DNA of 47,494 nucleotides, from NCBI RefSeq assembly GCF_036446775.1, contig NZ_JAZFTO010000315.1, positions 1 to 47,494 on the forward strand. Reading direction: 5' to 3'. Numbering within the stretch: position 1 is the first letter of the stretch; the number at the start of each line of letters is the position of its first letter. Of this stretch, positions 27,131 through 34,248 are shown one piece after another. The stretch is from Candidatus Desulfatibia sp. (lineage in GTDB: Bacteria > Desulfobacterota > Desulfobacteria > Desulfobacterales > UBA11574). The notes under the pieces are model-generated. The model made no database searches. It had not been told where the DNA came from and was given only the letters and a program-made list of their open reading frames with translations. The position numbers and the translations under genes are program-made.

Positions 27131-27576
27131 GCGTTCACAGGTTCAGAGTTCACCGTTCAGGGTTACCTTTCGTAAGCGTTCACAGGTTCGGGGTTCAGAA
27201 GTTCAGCCTGCGACGAGCTCAGCCGAGTCGGGTTGCTTTTTCGTTGTTAACCTTTACTAATTAGCCCCGAACCTCTTGGCACGACGTAGCTTCAGCGCAG
27301 GCGGCTGAACCTATGAACCCTTTAGATGAGCCTGCTCATCCTGGATTTGCTTCTTCAACCCGAAATCACGAGTAAATTTGGCCTTCTTTGTCAGTCCCTA
27401 GACCTTGCGAGTTAACTCCCAGGCCAACTGCCATGCCTCAATATCTTCAAATTTAGGGGGGTATGACATATGCTCCCCTCGTTCTATTCTCATACCTTCT
27501 CTATTCAGAACTCTCAATTAACGGTTCAAATTTCTGAACCTTTGAACCCTGAACCTCTGAACCTGTGAACGGTTAC
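27131..27576. repeat. GGTTCA/TGAACC-array composite element carrying a gene remnant
   Basis: Left arms gcgttcacaggttcagagttcaccgttcagggttacc (27131-27167) and gcgttcacaggttcggggttcagaagttcagcc (27175-27208). Inner complementary arm ggctgaacctatgaaccc (27303-27320). Outer arm ggttcaaatttctgaacctttgaaccctgaacctctgaacctgtgaacggttac (27523-27576). Confidence 0.6.
27321..27469 (-). pseudogene. Remnant of a four-helix-bundle protein gene (23S rRNA intervening-sequence protein family)
   Basis: Reverse translation from ATG 27469 gives MSYPPKFEDIEAWQLAWELTRKV*GLTKKAKFTRDFGLKKQIQDEQAHLK. The FEDL.(V/A)WQ.A..L and (F)GL..QI pattern fits that family. It has an in-frame TAG at 27400-27398 and is truncated to about one third of normal length. 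Confidence 0.5.
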
Positions 27577-27603
27577 ATATTATATAGAAATTTCCTGTTG
27601 TTA

Positions 27604-27626
27604 GAGCGGCTCTGCCGCTTTTTATA
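27604..27626 (+). terminator. Terminator-like hairpin with T-tract, no obvious upstream plus-strand gene
   Basis: agcggc-tct-gccgct followed by ttttta. An alternative pairing ctgccgc...gcggcag overlaps it. Confidence 0.25.
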
Positions 27627-27650
27627 GAATCGCGGCAGCAATTGTGTAAC

Positions 27651-27678
27651 TTGACAAATCGGCGATAAATGTTACTCT
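27651..27678 (+). promoter_or_regulatory. Putative promoter for the 27735 ORF
   Basis: TTGACA (27651-27656), 16-nt spacer, TACTCT (27673-27678). Pattern match only. Confidence 0.25.
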
Positions 27679-27734
27679 GCTGATTATCTTATGTCAAGCA
27701 CCGCGCCTGTCTTAGACAAGTTATAAGGGTTATT

Positions 27735-28148
27735 ATGCAAAATACTGATTTATATTCCAATACCCATCTAGTCGTGGCGGCAATCCGGGTTCTTACCCAC
27801 CAGAAAAAAGCACCCCCTTCTATCGACGAGGTTTGCCAAGCCTTATCCTTTTCCTTGGAACAAGGAAATTTCATATGCAATAAACTGAAAGAAACGGGCA
27901 TCATAGAGGTAGTTGAAGGTGCATATGGAACCAGGCTCTTTATAAAGAACCACTTAAAGATAGAAGACATCCCCAAAGGCGATAAAGTAAGCACCCTGGA
28001 AGAAGAGCTTAAGAAATTCCAGAACTCCAAAAAGAATTTTACTAAAAAAATAGAGTCTTTCCAGGCAAAACAGGCAAAAAAGCAAAAAACTCTTTTCGCC
28101 GAACTGGAAAAAAAACTCAAACAAGAAACTGATAAGAAGAAGAGCTAA
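27735..28148 (+). CDS. Hypothetical protein, small globular N-terminal domain plus Lys-rich coiled-coil tail
   Basis: 137 aa. The N-terminal ~70 aa look winged-helix-like. The C-terminus is KKFQNSKKNFTKKIESFQAKQAKKQK...KKKS. No family recognised. Confidence 0.5.
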   Translation: MQNTDLYSNTHLVVAAIRVLTHQKKAPPSIDEVCQALSFSLEQGNFICNKLKETGIIEVVEGAYGTRLFIKNHLKIEDIPKGDKVSTLEEELKKFQNSKKNFTKKIESFQAKQAKKQKTLFAELEKKLKQETDKKKS

Positions 28149-28193
28149 CGCGGCTAAACCGGAAAGTGCCTATTGTCCCGGATTTCTCATGGT

Positions 28194-28631
28194 CTAAGAC
28201 TTGTGTGTTCCGGTGATAGTTACCTCAATGCTCCTGGTCCGCGCGCGGTTGTCGTGGTTGATGGCTACCACCTGCTGCCAGGTCCCCAGTTTCAGTTGTC
28301 CGTTCCTGATCGGCAATGTAATGGACGGACCCAGCAGGGCGGCCTGAACATGACTGTGTCCGTTACCGTCATGCCACGCCTTTTCATGTTCGTACTCCAT
28401 GCCGGGCGGGGCCAGTCTGTTTACGGCCTGTTTCAGATCTTCCACCACCCCGGGCTCGAATTCAATGGTGGTTATAGATCCGGTGGAACCTATTATTGTA
28501 GCACAAAGAGAGCCGTTTTCAATATTAACCTCTTTTATCAAGCGACCGAGCTTTGGTGTAATGTCGTAAATGTCCGGCCCGGTTTTCAATCTAACTTCTA
28601 TGGATTCAAAAAACATTGATCCCGGTTTCAT
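28194..28631 (-). CDS. yjbQ: YjbQ/UPF0047 family protein (secondary thiamine-phosphate synthase-type fold)
   Basis: 145 aa. DITPKL...GSLCATIIGSTGSITTIEFEPGVVEDL...HDGNGHSHVQAALLGPS matches the UPF0047 signature. GGAGGA RBS before ATG 28631. Confidence 0.85.
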   Translation of the reverse strand: MKPGSMFFESIEVRLKTGPDIYDITPKLGRLIKEVNIENGSLCATIIGSTGSITTIEFEPGVVEDLKQAVNRLAPPGMEYEHEKAWHDGNGHSHVQAALLGPSITLPIRNGQLKLGTWQQVVAINHDNRARTRSIEVTITGTHKS

Positions 28632-28767
28632 AATTATCCTCCATACATTCTGATATACCAGCCCGTCTAAAGCCGGCTTTTATTGACAGGCTAAACCTGA
28701 TTTACAAGATGCTATTTTTTAAACATATCCAGTCCATCCTGTATATCCTGTCAAATGCCTTTTGTAT

Positions 28768-28974
28768 GCGTTCACAGGTTCAGCGTTCAACGTTCAGGGT
28801 TACCTTTCTGTTGGGTTCACAGAATCAGAGTTCACCACTGCCCGACCGACGGCAGGCGAGGTTTAGGGTTGTCTTTTTCATGCGTTCACAGGTTTCCCGC
28901 CACTGGTGGGATTTAACGTTGTCTTTATTCGTTGAACCTCTGAACCCTGAACCTTTGAACCCGTGAACGGTTAC
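28768..28974. repeat. GGTTCA/TGAACC-array element, close copy of the 27.1/27.5-kb arms
   Basis: gcgttcacaggttcagcgttcaacgttcagggttacctttc (28768-28808) is nearly identical to 27131-27171. gttgaacctctgaaccctgaacctttgaacccgtgaacggttac (28931-28974) is nearly identical to 27535-27576. Confidence 0.65.
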
Positions 28975-28980
28975 TGCCTT

Positions 28981-30990
28981 TTAGAGAAGGTTTAAGTTCC
29001 AATTCCAAAGTCCGGGCCTTTTTTTCATTTTCACTCCCCTGGGTAAGGGTTCAATCAGATGTACAAACAGACTGTAACCTGCTTTCATTAATAAATCCTG
29101 CTGGGCCCTGATGTCCAGTTCCCAGTTGGGGAACATCCAATAGTCTGAACCATATTGTCGAACCCAGGCTTGCTCGCCCTTGGGGCTGGTAAACGGTTGC
29201 TTGGTTTTCAAATTTTCCACAAGTGTGCGCGATACGCATAAAGGCCAGTTGCCGGCTGTAACGATACCTACCGGCAGGGGGCTGTGCTTGGGCAGTAATA
29301 AATAATCTTCCCGTCCCAGTTCCGGACTGACGATGACCCCGTTAAATCCCAGAGATACCAGGCTGCTAACCGCGAGAGGATTGGTGATATTGCAAAACGG
29401 ACCGGCCCAGAGATTTAAACCTTTGGCCCCGGTAAAAAGCGCTATCTGCCAGGGGGAATTAAGGACAAAATTCCGTCCCCCCTTTTTAAGGACAAAATCG
29501 ACAACCCCCTTTATTTTGGTCTCAGCTTCAGGCCAGATTACAGGCGGCAACCACCACCAAAGTTTGGACACAAGGCCCCTTTGTATCCCTGCCGGGTTTT
29601 TGATCGGCAGCCAGGTCCCGGTTCGTCCCCGGAGCTTTTTGTTGCCAATCTTTCGGTATACCTTTAGTTCAAAAGCTAAGGATCGTTTTCTGGATCTTTG
29701 CGGCAGCCTGGCACAAAAATTTGAAGCATCTACCTGCGACTTTGGAATTTTGTCAAGCTCACCTTCAAGCGCCGTCAACATATTCTCAAGCGTTTTATCG
29801 CGTCTGTCCGTTAAAAATACCGGAGTCCCCGTGGCGGGACTTTTTTTTGAAACAATTTTTAAAAACAGACGCCCTTTTTTAGGAATGAACCTGCGGACCC
29901 TGCTTTTGCCGTGCCACGGCTCATCCTCATAACCGATGCGCAGGGTATCGCCGCATAAAAGTTCCTCTCTGGCAACAATAAACGGTTTTTCTCTCGTCCC
30001 TTTTACGTTTCCAACAAGCAACCCGGAGCCGGTTTGTACGTCGACTTTGACCGGACTTTGAGGTCTTTGCGGCAAAAAATTATAATGGGTTCCAGTACGC
30101 CCTAAAGCCCCGGCAAGGAGTTGCAGAGCCTCTTTTTTCATTTTAGGATCGCTGCCCTGATCCCTTAACATCCGGTAGGCCTGAACCGTATTAAAAACAT
30201 AATGGGGACCTTTTTTGCGGCCTTCAATCTTCCAGGCCCGCACCTGCGGAATGGACAAAAGAATTTTGACCAGCACATCTACGCTGAGATCCTGGCAGGA
30301 AAAAAATTTGGCGGTCTGCTTGTTGTGCGAATAAAGCCGGCGGCAGGGCTGAACGCATCTGCCCCTAAGGCCGCTCTTTCCGCCCAGATAGCTGCTCCAG
30401 TAGCACCTTCCGGAAATCCCGTAACACAGGGCCCCGTGGATAAATACTTCCAGATCCAACCCCTTTGGACAGGCCAGGGCCAGGGCCTTTATCTCGTCTA
30501 TGGAAAGCTCCCTGGGGATAACGATACGGTCCACATCAAGCTTTTTGCGCACAAGTTTCAAAGCTGCATTAAAGCTTACATTGGCAAGTGTCGATAAATG
30601 CAGCCGGCCGGCATAACCTGTTTGCCCGGCCAGCTGCACAAGGGACAGGTCCTGGATGATTATAGCTTCGGGCTTCACCCGCTTTTTCAATTGTTCCAAA
30701 AATCGACCGGCATGATCCAGATCATCGGGCTTTAACAGTGAGTTTAATGCCACATGGACCTTAATCCCTTTGTCACGTGCCATCTGCGCCAGGGATACCA
30801 GTTCCTCGAGTGAAAAGTTCTTAGCTTCCATGCGGGCCGAAAAGTGCTTCAGTCCCAAATATACGGCGTCGGCCCCGGCCGCCATGGCTGCCAGAAAGGA
30901 TGCTTTATTTCCAACCGGTGCCAGAATGGACGGTTTTAGGGATGGCTCTGTTGCTCGCTTCATACAGGTATTATATTGACTTTTATTCAT
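28981..30990 (-). CDS. U32-family peptidase-like protein (long form with C-terminal extension)
   Basis: 669 aa. ILAPVGNKASFLAAMAAGADAVYLG..FSAR, EVFIHGALCYGISGRCYWSSYLGGKSGLRGRCVQPCR (U32 Cys-rich signature). Confidence 0.85.
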   Translation of the reverse strand: MNKSQYNTCMKRATEPSLKPSILAPVGNKASFLAAMAAGADAVYLGLKHFSARMEAKNFSLEELVSLAQMARDKGIKVHVALNSLLKPDDLDHAGRFLEQLKKRVKPEAIIIQDLSLVQLAGQTGYAGRLHLSTLANVSFNAALKLVRKKLDVDRIVIPRELSIDEIKALALACPKGLDLEVFIHGALCYGISGRCYWSSYLGGKSGLRGRCVQPCRRLYSHNKQTAKFFSCQDLSVDVLVKILLSIPQVRAWKIEGRKKGPHYVFNTVQAYRMLRDQGSDPKMKKEALQLLAGALGRTGTHYNFLPQRPQSPVKVDVQTGSGLLVGNVKGTREKPFIVAREELLCGDTLRIGYEDEPWHGKSRVRRFIPKKGRLFLKIVSKKSPATGTPVFLTDRRDKTLENMLTALEGELDKIPKSQVDASNFCARLPQRSRKRSLAFELKVYRKIGNKKLRGRTGTWLPIKNPAGIQRGLVSKLWWWLPPVIWPEAETKIKGVVDFVLKKGGRNFVLNSPWQIALFTGAKGLNLWAGPFCNITNPLAVSSLVSLGFNGVIVSPELGREDYLLLPKHSPLPVGIVTAGNWPLCVSRTLVENLKTKQPFTSPKGEQAWVRQYGSDYWMFPNWELDIRAQQDLLMKAGYSLFVHLIEPLPRGVKMKKRPGLWNWNLNLL

Positions 30991-31073
30991 CGAATTTATA
31001 TTTATATATAATGTATTTACGAATATTGCAAAGATGGAATAAGTATCCGGCGCACATAATATGAGGGAACCAA

Positions 31074-31499
31074 ATGCCTGTAAAGAAAAGTCCGACAGAC
31101 CGAAGACGTTTCATCTCAATGGTGTCCGGGATGCTTTCCGGTCTCCTGCTGACAAAACCGGGAAGTGTGCGGGCCACAAAATCAGAAATTAAACAATTCC
31201 TGGCAAATATTGAGACTGACTTGCTGGTAAGATCCAAACCCTCAAAGCACCCTGCCGTCACTTGGGAACATTATGGAGACGGAATCCGTCTTTACAAAAA
31301 GAACCAGGTAAAAAATATTCCATTTTGCGCCACGAACCGGGTTGGCAAGACCATCTGGGAACACTGTAACGGCATAAATACTCCCTGGGAGATCTCCGCA
31401 TTTGTTCATCAGAAATATCTTGTCCCCCGCCAACAGGCCTATGCTGAATGCCTTGCTTTCATAGCTGCCCTAAAAACAAAAGAAGCGGTCCTACTGTAA
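31074..31499 (+). CDS. PqqD/RRE-like protein with an N-terminal twin-arginine (Tat) signal peptide
   Basis: 141 aa. SPTDRRRFISMVSGMLSGLLLTKPGSVRA-TK has the RR-x-F-I motif, a mild hydrophobic core and a V-R-A cleavage-type site. The C-terminal ~85 aa have the PqqD layout: beta strands VTWEHYGDGIRLY, then NRVGKTIWEHCNGINTPWEISAFVHQKY....AYAECLAFIAALKTKEAV. Confidence 0.7.
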   Translation: MPVKKSPTDRRRFISMVSGMLSGLLLTKPGSVRATKSEIKQFLANIETDLLVRSKPSKHPAVTWEHYGDGIRLYKKNQVKNIPFCATNRVGKTIWEHCNGINTPWEISAFVHQKYLVPRQQAYAECLAFIAALKTKEAVLL

Positions 31500-31503
31500 G
31501 ACC

Positions 31504-31788
31504 ATGAACGCTGCCCAACGATATATAAAAAATAACAACATCGTTTTCAGAGAAGAGGATGACGGTGCTTTTTTGTTTGATCCGGATTCAGGCAATTTGA
31601 AATACTTGAACAACTCCGCCAAAGAGACCTTTTTGATAATAGACGGTCAAAATGATTTAAACCAGATAGCCAATCGCCTGCTGGAACTATACCCTGATGA
31701 GGACGCCGAACAGGTCCGGAATGATGTGGAAAGTTTCCTGCTGGAACTTTTGTCGAATAGCTTTGTCTTCCATACGGGAAGCAATTAA
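31504..31788 (+). CDS. PqqD-family peptide chaperone (RiPP recognition element)
   Basis: 94 aa. IVFREEDDGAFLFDPDSGNLKYLNNSAKETFLIIDGQNDLNQIANRLLELYPDEDAEQVRNDVESFLLELLSNSFV is a textbook PqqD pattern. It starts 4 nt after the previous stop. Confidence 0.8.
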   Translation: MNAAQRYIKNNNIVFREEDDGAFLFDPDSGNLKYLNNSAKETFLIIDGQNDLNQIANRLLELYPDEDAEQVRNDVESFLLELLSNSFVFHTGSN

Positions 31789-31800
31789 CCCGAGAGACCT

Positions 31801-32889
31801 TTGAAAAAGGAATTTATGGCTAATCAGGAAATAAGCTACCCGCTGACAAGCCTTTATCTTTATCTCACCGATCGCTGTAATCTAAGATGCTCCCACTGTT
31901 GGATCTCGCCCGCATTTTCACAGCTTCAGCAAAACGGCATCCCCTTGGATCCTCTGAAAAAGACAATATCAGATGCCGGAGCATTGGGCCTTAACAGTGT
32001 CAAGCTGACCGGCGGAGAACCGCTTTTATACCGGCAACTGGATGAACTACTCACATTTTTGAAATCAAAAGAATTAACCATTTATATCGAAACAAACGGG
32101 ACCCTGATAGATCAAAAGATGATCAAATCTTTCCAGGCTGCCGGGGTGGAGCAGATTTCCGTCAGCCTGGATGCAGCCACGGAAGAAATTCACAATAAAA
32201 TTAGAGGAATTAAAGGCAGCTATGCTCGCACCTTGCAAGGCCTGCACGATCTTTCCCATAGCGGCTTGCAATTCCAAATTATCATGACTCTCCAGCGCAA
32301 AAACCTCAATGAGATACCGGGTATGGTGCAATTAAGCGAAAAGTTGGGGGCCTGTTCTTTAAAAATAAATCATCTGCTTCCTTGCGGGAGAGGAAAAGAG
32401 GCTTTTGATAAAAAAGAAAATCTGGAATTGGAAGAATTAATCCAACTTTACCGATTAGTACAAGAAAAATGGTTGCGACCGGGCACCATGGAAGTTGATT
32501 TCGATCTTCCAGTGGCGTTAAGGTCTATTGAAGATATCAAACGCAGAGGACTCAATGAATGCCGCATTCTGAATATTCTGGGGATTCTCGCCAACGGAGA
32601 CTTTTCCATCTGCGGCATCGGCCAGACGGTTGAAGAATTGCGCATGGGAAATCTCTCGCACGATTCGGTCGGCAGTGTCTGGCAAAACAATCCTATTCTA
32701 AACGAGCTGCGCCAATCCCTAACCAGCAAGCTTGAAGGAGCCTGCGGAGGCTGTATTTTTAAGTTTCAGTGCCTGGGAGGCTGCCGGGCTAATGCTTACT
32801 CTCTTACCAAGGATCTGCATGCACCGTATTTTTTGTGCCAACAATACTATGAATCCGGACTATTCCCATCATCAAGATATATCAAATGA
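31801..32889 (+). CDS. Radical SAM / SPASM-domain peptide-modifying enzyme (no. 1)
   Basis: CNLRCSHCW (CxxxCxxC). SPASM motifs C...GDFSIC (Gx4C) and CGGCIFKFQCLGGC (Cx2Cx5Cx3C) plus a trailing Cys (FLC). The start is either TTG 31801 or ATG 31816. Confidence 0.9.
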   Translation: MKKEFMANQEISYPLTSLYLYLTDRCNLRCSHCWISPAFSQLQQNGIPLDPLKKTISDAGALGLNSVKLTGGEPLLYRQLDELLTFLKSKELTIYIETNGTLIDQKMIKSFQAAGVEQISVSLDAATEEIHNKIRGIKGSYARTLQGLHDLSHSGLQFQIIMTLQRKNLNEIPGMVQLSEKLGACSLKINHLLPCGRGKEAFDKKENLELEELIQLYRLVQEKWLRPGTMEVDFDLPVALRSIEDIKRRGLNECRILNILGILANGDFSICGIGQTVEELRMGNLSHDSVGSVWQNNPILNELRQSLTSKLEGACGGCIFKFQCLGGCRANAYSLTKDLHAPYFLCQQYYESGLFPSSRYIK

Positions 32890-32892
32890 GAC

Positions 32893-33804
32893 ATGGAACT
32901 AACTATAAACCTGGCCGGAACAAAGATTGATATAATCTTTGCAGGCCGGTCAAATAATGCCATACCTCTGTGTAACCACTACTTCAGGAATTTTATTCAT
33001 CCTAACAGGGGAGAAAGCGCCGCAGTCAAAATAAGTGTCTTAGAAAAAGCAACCGGCAGGTTGCCGGTTCAGGAAACAAACGGGGAACCGATTTTTGAAC
33101 AGCTGCTGTCCACCCCGGATGTGGTCCAATGGCTTAGGGAAGTCCCGCCGTACAGAAAGGATTTCCTCATCGATGAAACCACCATCTGTTCATTTTGCAT
33201 GAACGGACTGCTGCTCTTTAGCCCTGAAACTGCGATTGGACATATCTACCTTTTAAAACCAGGACCCCGGGTGTTCCGACCACTCCACCGGCTGTTATGG
33301 ATTTATTTTGCCCAGGTTCTGGGAGAAAAAAGGGCCTGTTTTGTACATGCCGCGGCATTGACCAGAAAAGCAGGCGGCCACCTTTTTTTTGGAGACTCCG
33401 GGGCCGGTAAAAGTACCCTGGCCGGCGCCTGCGGGCGCGACACCGTAATATCGGATGACAGTCCTGTTTTCCGCAAGCGCAATGGCAAATATCACGTATT
33501 CCCTTCCCCTTATCATCAGATGGGCCGGCTTAAAATTCTTAATAAGGAAACTCCTGACATATGTGCTGAAGTGAAAGGGTTATATTTTCTGGTCAAAGAT
33601 GACAACCTCTCTATTAACAAAATCTCAAAGAAAAAAGCCGTCTCCATGATCATAAACCGCTATATTCTTTTTTTCCCCTATCTTTCACCCCGGGCCAAAA
33701 GGTTGCTATTTGACCTTTTTCTTGAAGCATGCCATAATTTACATACTAATTATCTTCATTATTTGCCAGGCCGGGACGTGTGGAGTGTTATTGCCGACGG
33801 CTAA
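32893..33804 (+). CDS. HPr-kinase-like P-loop protein (HprK-related kinase family)
   Basis: 303 aa. CFVHAAALTRKAGGHLFFGDSGAGKSTLAGACGRDTVISDDSPVF mirrors the HprK core (VH...G.GVL..G.SG.GKS....L...G..L.(A/S)DD). The ATG is 3 nt after the rSAM stop. Confidence 0.75.
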   Translation: MELTINLAGTKIDIIFAGRSNNAIPLCNHYFRNFIHPNRGESAAVKISVLEKATGRLPVQETNGEPIFEQLLSTPDVVQWLREVPPYRKDFLIDETTICSFCMNGLLLFSPETAIGHIYLLKPGPRVFRPLHRLLWIYFAQVLGEKRACFVHAAALTRKAGGHLFFGDSGAGKSTLAGACGRDTVISDDSPVFRKRNGKYHVFPSPYHQMGRLKILNKETPDICAEVKGLYFLVKDDNLSINKISKKKAVSMIINRYILFFPYLSPRAKRLLFDLFLEACHNLHTNYLHYLPGRDVWSVIADG

Positions 33805-33818
33805 AACTGGAGGATGAA

Positions 33819-34217
33819 ATGACAGGCTCAAAAGAAGATAAGCAAACCACCCGGATTCCATATGAACCTCCCCGGCTATTAGATCTGGGCGGAGGGGTTG
33901 CCTATGCTAAAAGAGGAAAAGGAGGAAAAGGAGGTTGCAAGCCTGGTGGTAGCCCGGCGGGCAGGAAATGCAAACCAGGCCAATCGGCTACGGGCAGCCA
34001 ATGCAAACCAGGAGGTACGGCGGGCAGCAAATGCCAATCAGGAGGTGCGGCAGCAGGCGGCGATTGTAGGCCGGGAGGTACGGCAGCAGGTGGGAACTGT
34101 AGGACTGGAACTACGGCGGCAGGTGGGAAATGTCAGCCTGGTGGAACCGCAGGTTCGAAATGCCAAAGTGGAAGTACGGCCGGTGGCAGGTGTCGAACTG
34201 GCGCCACTGTGGGATAA
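33819..34217 (+). CDS. Candidate RiPP precursor peptide, 132 aa: RRE-binding leader plus nine Cys-containing repeat modules
   Basis: GGAGGA (33809-33814), then ATG 33819. Sequence: MTGSKEDKQTTRIPYEPPRLLDLGGGVAYAKRGKGGKGG-CKPGGSPAGRK-CKPGQSATGSQ-CKPGGTAGSK-CQSGGAAAGGD-CRPGGTAAGGN-CRTGTTAAGGK-CQPGGTAGSK-CQSGSTAGGR-CRTGATVG. Leader residues 15-24 fit YxxPxLxxxG. The ORF-track start (GTG 33780) overlaps the upstream gene and is rejected. Confidence 0.65.
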   Translation: MTGSKEDKQTTRIPYEPPRLLDLGGGVAYAKRGKGGKGGCKPGGSPAGRKCKPGQSATGSQCKPGGTAGSKCQSGGAAAGGDCRPGGTAAGGNCRTGTTAAGGKCQPGGTAGSKCQSGSTAGGRCRTGATVG

Positions 34218-34248
34218 TAATAGATAAGATGAAACCTTTGCAAAGGTC

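Noticed and set aside
28173-28966. ORFs 28173-28619 (+) and 28709-28966 (+); likewise 2286-2477 (+) and 145-375 (+)
   Set aside because: The first is antisense to yjbQ. The others are read-through of repeat arrays or hairpins, giving peptides such as ...EPLNPEPLNP, or antisense to the YgiT/hsdM genes.
33780-33818. ORF-track start (GTG 33780) for the precursor, adding MECYCRRLKLEDE
   Set aside because: It overlaps the last 25 nt of the HprK-like gene and lacks an RBS. ATG 33819 has a canonical Shine-Dalgarno sequence 4 nt upstream.
33898-34227. Alternative-frame 109-aa ORF over the precursor repeats (MPMLKEEKEEKEV...ANANQEVRR...)
   Set aside because: It is repetitive only because the DNA is repetitive. 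It has no RBS, starts inside the other frame and has no leader-like motif. The 33819 frame has GGAGGA plus ATG, a YxxPxLxxxG leader and regularly spaced Cys.
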